The position numbers and the translations under genes were made by a program. DNA of 41,271 bases, taken from positions 1 through 41,271 of IMG/VR virus record IMGVR_UViG_3300017778_002899; one strand, 5' to 3'. Below the pieces are notes generated by a model. That model was not told the origin of the DNA, searched no databases, and worked only from the letters and a program-made list of their open reading frames with translations. How positions within the stretch are numbered: position 1 is the stretch's first letter; each line of letters begins with the position of its first letter. The stretch is from a virus (Duplodnaviria > Caudoviricetes). Below are positions 17,381 through 26,526 of the stretch, one piece after another.

Positions 17381-18946
17381 TTACATAGTCATAACAAAGG
17401 GCAATGGCTCAATGAAACTGTCCGAGTGATCTCTCATTTGAGTATCTAGGTCTGAGTGATAACTTTGTAACACCTGTAGCATACGCACAGCCAGCAATGA
17501 TGACATCACAAGATCGTCAGTTTCGCCCACTTTGGCAGCATACCCAGCGCCCGAAGCCACAAAGTTCTTGAGTTCACTAACCAAACTGCGACTGTTGATC
17601 TTCATTCTGTTGCTTTCGATCAGGTGTTTGATTTTGGCACAGGCAGCCAGTTTGGGCTTGTTTGATGTATTAAATCCTTTACGGAATCTACGACCGCCGC
17701 CACCACCGGGCTCGCTTAAAAAGTAACCTTCAATGTTTTCTTCACCATATTCTGTAATGGAAATTAGTGCGGCCTCGCCTATGGTGTTGTTTTCCACTGA
17801 AAAATAAATGCTCTTTGCATCACGAACTACTTCGTTGATATGTCGTATGATATCCGTTAAGGTGCGAACCTGTGTGGGGATGTCGCTTTTGTTGTGGCGC
17901 CACTCGGCTATTTGTTCTGTAGTGTTGGCTTCAAACACTTGTATAGCAGACGGATCACCGCCTGTGCCTAGGCTGGGATCCAGTGCCACAACATAGATAC
18001 GATCACGTTCGGGTTTTTTGTACCAGCGTACTTCACCTGTTTTGTACAAGGGATCTATACCTTGTAGGTCAAACAGTTTAGCCGGGGCAATTAGTGTTTC
18101 ATCATTGATAATGAATTCGCAATCCATCTCTCGACGGAAACGATCCACACCCAGTGCGGCACGTTGTTGCTTGGCCCAGCTTTCATCTCGGTCTGGGTGC
18201 TCGTTCCAGAAACTGCGATAGGCTTTGAATCCGTTTACACCAACATTGGTGGGATTGCCAAATTCATCTTCACAACGATTGGCACCTTTCCACAGCAGGG
18301 CAAACTGGTCTTCGTCTGAGTTGGGGGTACTTGTAATGATTGCCTTACCGCCTGTGGCCAGTGTGGGGCTGATAGAAGTCCAAAACTCTGTGGCAATTGT
18401 GGGTCGCACAAATGCAAACTCGTCTGCGTATAACAGTGATATACTCATGCCACGACCGGTATTTTCTGTAGTTGTTGCACTCACAATACGACTGCCATTG
18501 TCAAAGTCCAAGTTACCTTTGTTGTAACTGGTGACACCTGCACGTATGTGATCCGGAACTGATTCATAAGCATAGCGAATACGTTGCATGATCTCTTGTG
18601 AACCTGTGTACTTGTGTGCGGCAACTAAAATTGTTGAATCTGGCACAAACATAGCATACCACAATAGGTAACCAGCGGCACTGGTGGACTTACCAGTTTG
18701 TCGGGGCATCATGGAGATTGAGAATCGATTTTGGTGGTAGGTATTAATTAGCCTACGCTGGTATTCAAAAGGATGATACACCATTCTACCACGTGTGGGA
18801 TGCTGTATATAAAAAAAATGGTCCAGGAAATACATGGGACCATCATTGGGGTCTGCACAAAAAGCAAATTCTCGAATTTGCTCGTCGGTATACATGGCCC
18901 GGGAATAAGGCGATTTGACTAAGGCTGGTTCGTTAACTGAGGGCAT
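17381..18946 (-). CDS. 17: Terminase large subunit (gp17-like)
   Basis: PRQTGKST Walker A, LLYADEFAF Walker B, IITSTPN motif C, nuclease domain VALDPSLGTGGD...VENN...DDLVMS; no intein. Confidence 0.96.
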   Translation of the reverse strand: MPSVNEPALVKSPYSRAMYTDEQIREFAFCADPNDGPMYFLDHFFYIQHPTRGRMVYHPFEYQRRLINTYHQNRFSISMMPRQTGKSTSAAGYLLWYAMFVPDSTILVAAHKYTGSQEIMQRIRYAYESVPDHIRAGVTSYNKGNLDFDNGSRIVSATTTENTGRGMSISLLYADEFAFVRPTIATEFWTSISPTLATGGKAIITSTPNSDEDQFALLWKGANRCEDEFGNPTNVGVNGFKAYRSFWNEHPDRDESWAKQQRAALGVDRFRREMDCEFIINDETLIAPAKLFDLQGIDPLYKTGEVRWYKKPERDRIYVVALDPSLGTGGDPSAIQVFEANTTEQIAEWRHNKSDIPTQVRTLTDIIRHINEVVRDAKSIYFSVENNTIGEAALISITEYGEENIEGYFLSEPGGGGGRRFRKGFNTSNKPKLAACAKIKHLIESNRMKINSRSLVSELKNFVASGAGYAAKVGETDDLVMSSLLAVRMLQVLQSYHSDLDTQMRDHSDSFIEPLPFVMTM

Positions 18947-18979
18947 GCCATATTTAATCTGTCAGGCAGACCATGACTA

Positions 18980-19417
18980 TCAATTGCACCAGGATGTTTT
19001 GGCGTCGCCGTAATATTCACGTGCAAATCCATTGGCAATCAACTGTTGGCGTAGACTAACACCGTTGAGTATGACATCGCCTAGCACACGGCCGCCATAC
19101 TTGTCCCAGTCCATGATCACAACCTGTCGCTTTTGGCTGTTGGCAATAGCCTGCTTGGTAAAGGCGGTGGCGGCCTCTCCACGCTGTGCTTCACTGGCAC
19201 ACTGCGCACGGAAGCCTTTTTCAGGAGTGTCCACACCGTATACACGAACACTGAGTTCTGGTTTCAAAGGAGCTGGTAACCAAGGGGTGGAAATGCCTAC
19301 TGTGTCGCCGTCTATGACTCTGGTGATCACAGCGTCATATAGCACACCAGGACGTTGTTTGGGCTGTGCCATGGTCAGCACAGGTACGATCAGCAAGAGT
19401 ACAAGTAGTTTTTTCAT
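18980..19417 (-). CDS. Thermonuclease (SNase-like) with N-terminal signal peptide
   Basis: MKKLLVLLLIVPVLTMAQ signal-like leader; RVIDGDT, VRVYGVDTPE, DKYGGRVLG, LIANGFA. Confidence 0.9.
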   Translation of the reverse strand: MKKLLVLLLIVPVLTMAQPKQRPGVLYDAVITRVIDGDTVGISTPWLPAPLKPELSVRVYGVDTPEKGFRAQCASEAQRGEAATAFTKQAIANSQKRQVVIMDWDKYGGRVLGDVILNGVSLRQQLIANGFAREYYGDAKTSWCN

Positions 19418-19432
19418 AATTATAAATTAAAG

Positions 19433-19819
19433 TTAACGCGGGTAGCCAGCAAATGCTTTTACAGGACTTTTTGTGTCTACAAAGCCAGGCTCTGTGCTAT
19501 CAGCTGTGCTCACTAGTCGTTTACCGCCTGGCGTTTTGGTCATTTTTAATGCGGCATCTATGGTGCTGTTTACTGCACCATTCATGCCTGCTACTACTCC
19601 GTGCTCACCAAATGGTGTTTCTGCTGTCCACTCGGGACGATAAGGGTTGATGTCATCTGGCGTTTGATCACTACGAGCACGTGCCATGGCCACACCAAAT
19701 CTATAATTTTTATAAGGGTCTGAAGCACTGAGTCCTGGTATCACATAGGTATAACGCATGGGCTCTGCTGATTCAGGTGGCAAATTCCTTTGTTCTGCAA
19801 CAAACTCACGTGCTCTCAT
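19433..19819 (-). CDS. Putative internal head protein (CTS-like N-terminus), paralog A
   Basis: Starts MRAREFVAE, ends KSPVKAFAGYPR. Confidence 0.6.
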   Translation of the reverse strand: MRAREFVAEQRNLPPESAEPMRYTYVIPGLSASDPYKNYRFGVAMARARSDQTPDDINPYRPEWTAETPFGEHGVVAGMNGAVNSTIDAALKMTKTPGGKRLVSTADSTEPGFVDTKSPVKAFAGYPR

Positions 19820-20187
19820 CGGGGGTACCCTTTGAAACTCACAACAGGGCTTGTGGTATTCACAGCAGGATGTTCTTCCGAGTCCATGTCGCCGTTGTTT
19901 AAATCTTTCCAGTTGGCACCTGCGGCTTTGAAAGCCTGTTTCAGCATGTTTTGTTCAACCTTGGTATAAGGATGTGCAGAACGTTTTTTGCCAAGCCAGC
20001 TTTTGGCATCCATGTCAATAGGTTTGTTTGTGCCGTCGGCCATGGCCACTGCCATCATCACGCGGTTAAGAGTGTAGTCGCTGTTTTGTCGTTCTGCGTC
20101 GCCAAACACATCAAGGCCCACAGTGGCAGCTTGTCTGCGTTTGCCAATGGTACCGTCTCTTTCCGCAATGAATTCACGTGCTCGCAT
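19816..20187 (-). CDS. Putative internal head protein (CTS-like N-terminus), paralog B
   Basis: Starts MRAREFIAE, ends TSPVVSFKGYPR; ATGA-coupled to paralog A. Confidence 0.6.
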   Translation of the reverse strand: MRAREFIAERDGTIGKRRQAATVGLDVFGDAERQNSDYTLNRVMMAVAMADGTNKPIDMDAKSWLGKKRSAHPYTKVEQNMLKQAFKAAGANWKDLNNGDMDSEEHPAVNTTSPVVSFKGYPR

Positions 20188-20195
20188 GTGTTACT

Positions 20196-20495
20196 TTAGA
20201 AGGGCAATGTGCCGCCAGTATCTTGTACTGAGTATTTGGCTGATGTAGCTGTGCCCAATTCCAATGCTGTAAAAGGTGTGCCTGTTACTGTGACTTTGTT
20301 GCCGGCTCCGCAGTACACTTCAAACACTGTGTTTGGAGGAATACTAATAGGTGTTGAAAAAACATTCCCTGCCGCCGATGCTCCGTTTATGGCCACTGCA
20401 TACGTGTTATACGTCACTGCATTGGCTGCTGTGGAGATTTGTAACTTATCTGTGTAAACAGTTGTGTTACCAAGAGATGAGTAGACATTTGCCAT
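20196..20495 (-). CDS. Small beta-rich hypothetical (probable virion) protein
   Basis: 99 aa, T/A/G/V-rich; AAGGA SD within the upstream gene end. Confidence 0.65.
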   Translation of the reverse strand: MANVYSSLGNTTVYTDKLQISTAANAVTYNTYAVAINGASAAGNVFSTPISIPPNTVFEVYCGAGNKVTVTGTPFTALELGTATSAKYSVQDTGGTLPF

Positions 20496-20496
20496 T

Positions 20497-20964
20497 TTAT
20501 TGTTTTCCTTTATTAACGTTTGCTAATTCTAGTACGCGGTATAATTCTTGGGAAGACTCGGACAACTCTTTGTCATGTCCATATTCATCTGCAAGGCGAT
20601 CAACTACAATTTCTAAAATTTCTTCAAACTTATCATCTGGATGTAACCCATGATCAATTGCGGCAGTATCATACATGTTGTTGAGAATTTGTGACACATA
20701 TCTCTCCACTGAAGTTTTGGGTTGTGTCATGATGTTGTACACATCCGCTGTGCCGTTGACGATGTCTTGAATAAGAATATCAGCTTCACTCATTTGACCT
20801 TCATCGATAACACCTGATGTGGGACCTGTTGGTTCTAGCTCTAGAGTCTTGGCAACCAATTGACCTTCGCCCTCATCTTCAAAAGTGTAGCCCATGCCAG
20901 GCGAATTGCCAGCAGGGCCATAGCGGCGTATTGTTTCATCAAGATAATCGCGAAAGCTTTTCAT
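20497..20964 (-). CDS. Putative internal head protein (CTS-like N-terminus)
   Basis: Starts MKSFRDYLDE; acidic; internal IDEG and LSES sites; ends RVLELAN. Confidence 0.55.
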   Translation of the reverse strand: MKSFRDYLDETIRRYGPAGNSPGMGYTFEDEGEGQLVAKTLELEPTGPTSGVIDEGQMSEADILIQDIVNGTADVYNIMTQPKTSVERYVSQILNNMYDTAAIDHGLHPDDKFEEILEIVVDRLADEYGHDKELSESSQELYRVLELANVNKGKQ

Positions 20965-23417
20965 TATGAAATTCGCTTGTACAATTCAACAACGTCATTA
21001 CTTTCATCTACAGAACCAATGGTTCTGCGTGGGTCTCGATTTGGGACTGGCAATGTGCTTTGATCAGTTTTACGTCCGTTTAATCCAGCAGTGATACCAT
21101 TCACCATGTAGTCAGTGTCAGCGTACACAGTGTTGTCAGCTGAGTTGGCTAGATCTTCTTCAACATGATCGCATCCGCAATCACTTGATCCGCAATTAGG
21201 GCATACTTCACCATAGCCTTGATTTTGACCACCAATACCAGCCAAGTTCAACAACTGGCTTAGTTTGACTGCATCATCATCAGTGGCTGTGACAGTAAGA
21301 CTCTTCTTACCATCTTGGTCAGCACTCATGTTAACACTCATGCCTTCGTTAAGGATAGCGTTGAGTTTGGAGTTGAAGCTTTCGGCAATTGCGCCTTCAT
21401 AAACGCCTTTGCCAAAAGTCATACCACCTGAGCCTTTGCTTGCTTTACCACCCATGGCAGGTGCTACACTTCCGGCTACTGTGTTTTCTTCAACTTCGTC
21501 TTTTTTCTTTTCTTTACGATCTTTTTTGTCATCGTACTCGATATCTTTTGTGACTTTCTTACCGGCTTTTTCGGCACGATTGTCATCCCGGCCTTTGTGA
21601 CCTTCGTCATGCTCGATATTGTTAGCGACTCGCTTACCAGCCCGTTCAGCCTTTTGGTCTTCTTTGTTTGTGGACTCTTCTTTAACTTTATTTGGCAAGC
21701 CTTTGTGTTTTGTACTAGCAAAGTCTTCGGCATCTTTTGGCTTCATGGTCTTGGCAACTTTTTTCAGTTCTTTGCTGGCGCCCTTGATCTTTTCACCTTT
21801 TTGCATGGCATGTGCCATGCCCATGAATTTTTGTTGTTGTTTGCTCACTGCTTTTTCAGCAATGGGTTCTTCTTCACTGTTGTCACCTTCTTGATTCTGC
21901 ATGTATTCATCAATGGAAATCATCATGCCTTCAATCTTGGCCAACTTTGATTGCACCCACTCTGGCAAGTTGTCGTTGTCGCCTAGCACTTTGCTCAAGG
22001 CCTGTGCATGACGCATAATGGTTTTGATATCGTCTTTGGCCATATCGCCTTCTTGGTCGTACTCGCCTTGATCTTGAATATCATCTGGTCCTTCACGAGT
22101 CATCAGCTTGGATTTGCCGCTCGGGCCTTTAGCACCAATGCTTTTGCCTGCACCTTTACCACCTGGGCGACCACGACCACGCTTCTCGCCTGGTGTGTCA
22201 TCATCTGCGCCAACTGAATGACCTGTGTTGGGATCAACTCTACGTGTTACTTTGCGACCAGTTGCAGTATGCTCAATGTCATGCAATGCACCATGCTCGG
22301 TACTGCCAACTTTGGGTCGGTCTGCACGTGACTTCTTGTAGTTTGTGAATGGACTGAGGTCTTCTTTATCAGCTTCAACCATGGCTTTTTCATCGCTGGT
22401 GTCACCACTCACACGATAAGTTTTTCCACCAACTTTGAATGTGGGTTTGCCTGCACGAATAGCAGCCAACCGAGCACCTGTGAAGTCATTGCCTTCGTCG
22501 GTCATTTTCATTTTACCAATTGCAGACTTCATTGCTTCAGCGGCCACGTCGCCTAGCATTTCATCAACTTCTTGTTTGGCGCCAGCAATTTTGTCAGCAA
22601 ATGACTTTTTTAAATCGTTAGGACCTTCGCCGTCCGCAGCAAATTTAGGTACCATTTTGCCGTCAGGTCCTTTGACCATGGGCAACCCAGCTTCGCCAAA
22701 TTGAACATTGTCACCTGCTGAGAATTGTGTGTTAGCCAGACGCTTTGGTAACCGACCGTTGGCAATGATAAAATCTAGTTCGCGATCAGTTGGTCCAGCC
22801 TGTGCAAGATCATTGGCTAGATCCTGCATGGCATCATTTTGCCACATGTCATCGCCATACATTGCGGCAATAGCATCTAGTACTTTGTCAAAATCAACTG
22901 CGCCTGCGGCTTCTTTGACTGGATATTCTTTTCCGCCAACGTTGATTTTCTCGCCAGGTTGGATACCGTCGGCTTTGGCATCAACTACTGCTTTGCTAAA
23001 TCTATTGCCTTCTTCCATGTCAGTTTCATCCATGGGATTAATTTTGCTAAGTTTGTCTTGCAGGGCTCGCATGCCTTCGGCGCTGGTAGGACTTTGTGTG
23101 CGTTCTTTTTCTAAATCTGCTGTGGTCAGTTTGTTGCCAGGACGATTCACAGCAGGGATTTGACTCTTGTCAGGGCCGCCTTGATAGATGCCTTCGTCTA
23201 CTTCTGTGTTGTCATACTTGTCAAACTTGTTGCGAACAGGATCCAATGCCTTGCCTTCACGACCAGCCTTGGCCAAGGCTTGCATGCCTTCTTTGCCATA
23301 CTTTTCATAGCCCTTGGCAGCACGGCTCATGTCACGCTCGTTGAGTTGAGTATGTGTGAGTTCTGGAGTAGCGCGGATCTCGTCCAGCTTTTTGTTTAAG
23401 TCGTAAAAAAATGTCAT
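20964..23417 (-). CDS. Modular charged protein, candidate prohead core/internal polyprotein; includes DUF3008-like module
   Basis: 817 aa of short modules separated by hydrophobic-x-E sites; EKAVSKQQQKFMG...FASTKHKGLP (21857-21693) resembles DUF3008; AAGGA SD. Confidence 0.65.
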   Translation of the reverse strand: MTFFYDLNKKLDEIRATPELTHTQLNERDMSRAAKGYEKYGKEGMQALAKAGREGKALDPVRNKFDKYDNTEVDEGIYQGGPDKSQIPAVNRPGNKLTTADLEKERTQSPTSAEGMRALQDKLSKINPMDETDMEEGNRFSKAVVDAKADGIQPGEKINVGGKEYPVKEAAGAVDFDKVLDAIAAMYGDDMWQNDAMQDLANDLAQAGPTDRELDFIIANGRLPKRLANTQFSAGDNVQFGEAGLPMVKGPDGKMVPKFAADGEGPNDLKKSFADKIAGAKQEVDEMLGDVAAEAMKSAIGKMKMTDEGNDFTGARLAAIRAGKPTFKVGGKTYRVSGDTSDEKAMVEADKEDLSPFTNYKKSRADRPKVGSTEHGALHDIEHTATGRKVTRRVDPNTGHSVGADDDTPGEKRGRGRPGGKGAGKSIGAKGPSGKSKLMTREGPDDIQDQGEYDQEGDMAKDDIKTIMRHAQALSKVLGDNDNLPEWVQSKLAKIEGMMISIDEYMQNQEGDNSEEEPIAEKAVSKQQQKFMGMAHAMQKGEKIKGASKELKKVAKTMKPKDAEDFASTKHKGLPNKVKEESTNKEDQKAERAGKRVANNIEHDEGHKGRDDNRAEKAGKKVTKDIEYDDKKDRKEKKKDEVEENTVAGSVAPAMGGKASKGSGGMTFGKGVYEGAIAESFNSKLNAILNEGMSVNMSADQDGKKSLTVTATDDDAVKLSQLLNLAGIGGQNQGYGEVCPNCGSSDCGCDHVEEDLANSADNTVYADTDYMVNGITAGLNGRKTDQSTLPVPNRDPRRTIGSVDESNDVVELYKRIS

Positions 23418-23427
23418 GTTGTTTTCC

Positions 23428-24030
23428 TTATTTTCTGAAGCCGGTTGCTGGCTTTGCGGGACGCTTGATTGTTGTCATGGGGCTTTTTACTCCCATTGGC
23501 AAGTCGTTTGTTGTTTCAGCAGGCGGAGTTTTGCCTCCGGCCACTGTCCAGGTTGCATCTTGTGCAGAATTCTTGACCACTTGCTTGTTAACACCAACAG
23601 CGGCATAATCTTTCTTGAGATCTTTTTGTTCTTTGCTGTCGTCAGGGTAAGGACTGTTGAGCAAGTCTGTGTTTTGTTCTTCAATACCCAGTAACTCTTT
23701 GTCCATGCCGTTGGCCCAGGCCTGTTGCACAATGCAAATGCGATTTTCATCAAGGCCCAGCAATCTAGCAATCTGCTGAATTTGTGGAGGAGTTGCTGGA
23801 TAGCGGAATGATACATCCATCATGTTTACAGACTCATTGGGGAAGTTGGGAAAGTCCATGTGTCTACTCATGATTGGTGTTGATTTAACTTCACCAATTG
23901 AGGTTGGATCAAACTTTTTGAGTTGATCTTTGAGTTGTTTAACAAGCTCAGCAGGCACATCACCTACAATTTTGATTCGATAATCAAAGGTTTGTGCGCT
24001 TTCGGTCAAATATTGTGCAAATGTTTTCAT
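23428..24030 (-). CDS. Hypothetical virion protein with CTS-like N-terminus
   Basis: Starts MKTFAQYLTES; ATAAATA box and AGGA SD upstream. Confidence 0.65.
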   Translation of the reverse strand: MKTFAQYLTESAQTFDYRIKIVGDVPAELVKQLKDQLKKFDPTSIGEVKSTPIMSRHMDFPNFPNESVNMMDVSFRYPATPPQIQQIARLLGLDENRICIVQQAWANGMDKELLGIEEQNTDLLNSPYPDDSKEQKDLKKDYAAVGVNKQVVKNSAQDATWTVAGGKTPPAETTNDLPMGVKSPMTTIKRPAKPATGFRK

Positions 24031-24047
24031 TCGTGAAATCCTATATG

Positions 24048-24578
24048 TTATTTATCGGTGTTGGGTTTTTCTGTATCACGTGATACCAAGGCTCGTAACA
24101 GTTCGTTACGATCCAACACACGTCCTTGACCAGTGGTCACGTCAGCTTCTTCACCGGGTGCTGATTGATCTAGTTTGGCTTTTTTAAGTTGTAGGTCAAT
24201 TATCTTGAGCTTTTTATTGAGCTTGGCCGTTTTGGCAGTGATAGCATGCCCCAACATTGCACCAGCCACTGCAAATATTTCACTGGCATAGCGACTATCG
24301 ACCTGCATGCCCAGGTCCATGAGATTGTCAAAGCTTTCAGTTGCCTTGGTTGCCAGTGCATCCATCTCTAAATCTGATGCTTCAAGATCACGCACAGCCG
24401 GCAATGCCTGCTCAATTTTGTCTAGTGTAGCAAGACTTTCGGGAAGTGTGGGCAAGGTGGAGGTCAAATCTGAATCACGCCGAGTGACATCAGTGTCCTC
24501 TAGATCATCAGATTCAGGTGTGTTTGATTTTGGTAGATCAAACAGTTCTTCTAAGTTTCGGTTGTTTGCAAGCGCCAT
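24048..24578 (-). CDS. Probable terminase small subunit (gp16-like)
   Basis: Helical/coiled-coil core (DSRYASEIFAVAGAML...KKLKIIDLQLKK) and C-terminal DRNELL, reminiscent of gp16. Start reassigned to ATG 24578, 4 nt after GTAAATA. Confidence 0.5.
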   Translation of the reverse strand: MALANNRNLEELFDLPKSNTPESDDLEDTDVTRRDSDLTSTLPTLPESLATLDKIEQALPAVRDLEASDLEMDALATKATESFDNLMDLGMQVDSRYASEIFAVAGAMLGHAITAKTAKLNKKLKIIDLQLKKAKLDQSAPGEEADVTTGQGRVLDRNELLRALVSRDTEKPNTDK

Positions 24579-24585
24579 GCGGTAT

Positions 24586-25023
24586 TTACCGCTTTTTGCC
24601 ACCATTGCGGAACAAAGAGTCTTCGTTTAAAACTCTAAAAACTATGTTGGCTTGTTTGCACCAGGCCTGCGCAGCGGCCCACTTGGCGTGGTTTATAGCC
24701 ACCACCATTCGATCCCGCTCGCTCATCTTGCCTTCAATCATGCTTTGTTTGCGTGGCTTGATTTCAACTATTTCAGTGCAGATTTTGTTGTTCTTGGTTC
24801 TGTAACGCATGAACACGTCAGGGATATAGTTTGTGACTTTGCCGGTAAACGGATGTCTATACTTAATAGCTATAGCTTCACTGGCCCACTCTAGCACAGC
24901 GTCATTTTGATCGCAAAATTGAAAAAAACTCCACTCCCACCCTGATCGATATCGTGGGTTGCCTTTGCCTACATACTTTTTAGGATTAGTGGGAACAAAT
25001 ACACCCTGTGCAAAGTTTGTCAT
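24586..25023 (-). CDS. Head completion protein gp4-like (TnsA-type PD-(D/E)xK nuclease)
   Basis: NPKKYVG...YRSGWE...WASE...YIPD...EIKP...NHAKWAAA...FRVLNE. Confidence 0.88.
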   Translation of the reverse strand: MTNFAQGVFVPTNPKKYVGKGNPRYRSGWEWSFFQFCDQNDAVLEWASEAIAIKYRHPFTGKVTNYIPDVFMRYRTKNNKICTEIVEIKPRKQSMIEGKMSERDRMVVAINHAKWAAAQAWCKQANIVFRVLNEDSLFRNGGKKR

Positions 25024-25379
25024 GGAAGAACATTGCGGGCTGTAAAGTAGTTGGGTGTTAGCACAGAATTTACACCCAACAGTGTGCTGGGACTACGTAT
25101 ACCATTGAGATAGTATGCCAGCGTGGCAGTGAGTTGAAGTTGGTCTTGGTCTTGGATTTGATCCAAGATCGTCAGTACTGGTACACCAGTTTGGTCCGAT
25201 ACACGAAACAAAGCTGTTGTGAAATTCTGTGCGGCTTCAACTGTTTTAAAAACTGTTTTAAAAAAGCTGTTGACAATATCATATTCCATGGCAGGAACTG
25301 ACATTTCAAATTCATAAAATTGATCAAATACTCTCACTGTTTGATCTAACTTGTTATTGGCTGCGTTAACTGTGCTCAT
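25020..25379 (-). CDS. Hypothetical protein (tail/baseplate region)
   Basis: 119-aa ORF, ATGA-coupled to the gp4-like gene. Confidence 0.7.
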   Translation of the reverse strand: MSTVNAANNKLDQTVRVFDQFYEFEMSVPAMEYDIVNSFFKTVFKTVEAAQNFTTALFRVSDQTGVPVLTILDQIQDQDQLQLTATLAYYLNGIRSPSTLLGVNSVLTPNYFTARNVLP

Positions 25380-25382
25380 GTA

Positions 25383-26519
25383 TTAACCTTTGGGCGGTGT
25401 TGGAAATATAGGACGATTCAAAACATTACGTATGCCGGTTGTGTCAAGTCCACCGGGTGTGCCACTAATGGTAGATCTCAATACACCTTGTACTGTGCCA
25501 ATGGCTTCGTTCTTGACAATAGATTTTAAGTTTTGGCCCTTGAAGGTGTTGTATGCTGTGCCAGCTTTTTGTACTGCGCCTATGACACCAGCCACGCTGC
25601 CGCTTTCTAAGTCTCCAATTATGCCCAATCCAGTATCTATCAAGCCGCCTTGACCCAACACGCTTCGTGAACCACCCGGGCGACTCAATGGACTTTTTTG
25701 TTGATCGTAATTGTCGTTTTGTGCAAACCCTTTTACACTGGTGTTTGGAGTTGACCCAATTGCACCAGAATAATATTTCACTGTTTCATAACTCACGGTC
25801 ATGGAATTTTCCATAACACCATTGCCTTGACTGTAATCGTATGTGTCATGACTCCACTCGTTGATCATGGGGTTAATCAATACGTAACTATTCCAAGCAT
25901 GCTGATCAAACCCATATATGGTAATGTCTTTGAAGAAAGCTGGCTTACCGCCTGCAGAATTGGTTCCGTCAGAATAGGCTTCACCTATGTAGCCCCAGTC
26001 ATTGACATTGGCAATACGCTGGTTGCTGTAAATGTCTCGTTGGTTGTAATCAAATCCGTTGGTTTGTGTTTGCAACAAGCCAATTGAACCATTGGTGTTG
26101 GTCACACCATCATATTTTTGACTGGGATCTTTGTAGTAATACGAATAATAGTTGTACCACATTGTGCGAATTAAATCACCGCCATCATCGTGGAATCTCA
26201 CACTGATTGGATCGTAGTTTATTTTTTTCTGTATTAGACGTTTACGATTGTATTGATTTAGTGTTTCAACATCAAACTTGTACTTGGGCAAATCAATAGT
26301 TTTGACCAGCAACCCAATTGTGGAAACGTCAGGAGTAGAAAAAATATTTCTTAACTGTGGCAGTTGTGCGGTGTTAAGATTGAAGTAGACATGAAAAAGA
26401 TATTTGAACCTTGGGCTATTTGCATAACCGTTGGTTCTAAATATCTTGCTGGCGTGAGTGTAATCACGCACATAATCATTGCCAAAGAAGGACTTGAGGA
26501 AATCTTGTCCGAAGGCCAT
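25383..26519 (-). CDS. Tail tube-like baseplate/tube initiator protein (gp54/gp48/gp19 family)
   Basis: PRFKYLFHV, LVKTIDLPK, NQYNRKR, YDPISVRFHDD, LINPMI, MTVSYE: tube-fold pattern; adjacent to the tube gene. Confidence 0.7.
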   Translation of the reverse strand: MAFGQDFLKSFFGNDYVRDYTHASKIFRTNGYANSPRFKYLFHVYFNLNTAQLPQLRNIFSTPDVSTIGLLVKTIDLPKYKFDVETLNQYNRKRLIQKKINYDPISVRFHDDGGDLIRTMWYNYYSYYYKDPSQKYDGVTNTNGSIGLLQTQTNGFDYNQRDIYSNQRIANVNDWGYIGEAYSDGTNSAGGKPAFFKDITIYGFDQHAWNSYVLINPMINEWSHDTYDYSQGNGVMENSMTVSYETVKYYSGAIGSTPNTSVKGFAQNDNYDQQKSPLSRPGGSRSVLGQGGLIDTGLGIIGDLESGSVAGVIGAVQKAGTAYNTFKGQNLKSIVKNEAIGTVQGVLRSTISGTPGGLDTTGIRNVLNRPIFPTPPKG

Positions 26520-26526
26520 GGGTTAA

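Noticed and set aside
17381-18946. Intein or intron in terminase (also checked uvsX)
   Set aside because: Lengths are normal, motifs contiguous, no splicing or homing-endonuclease motifs.
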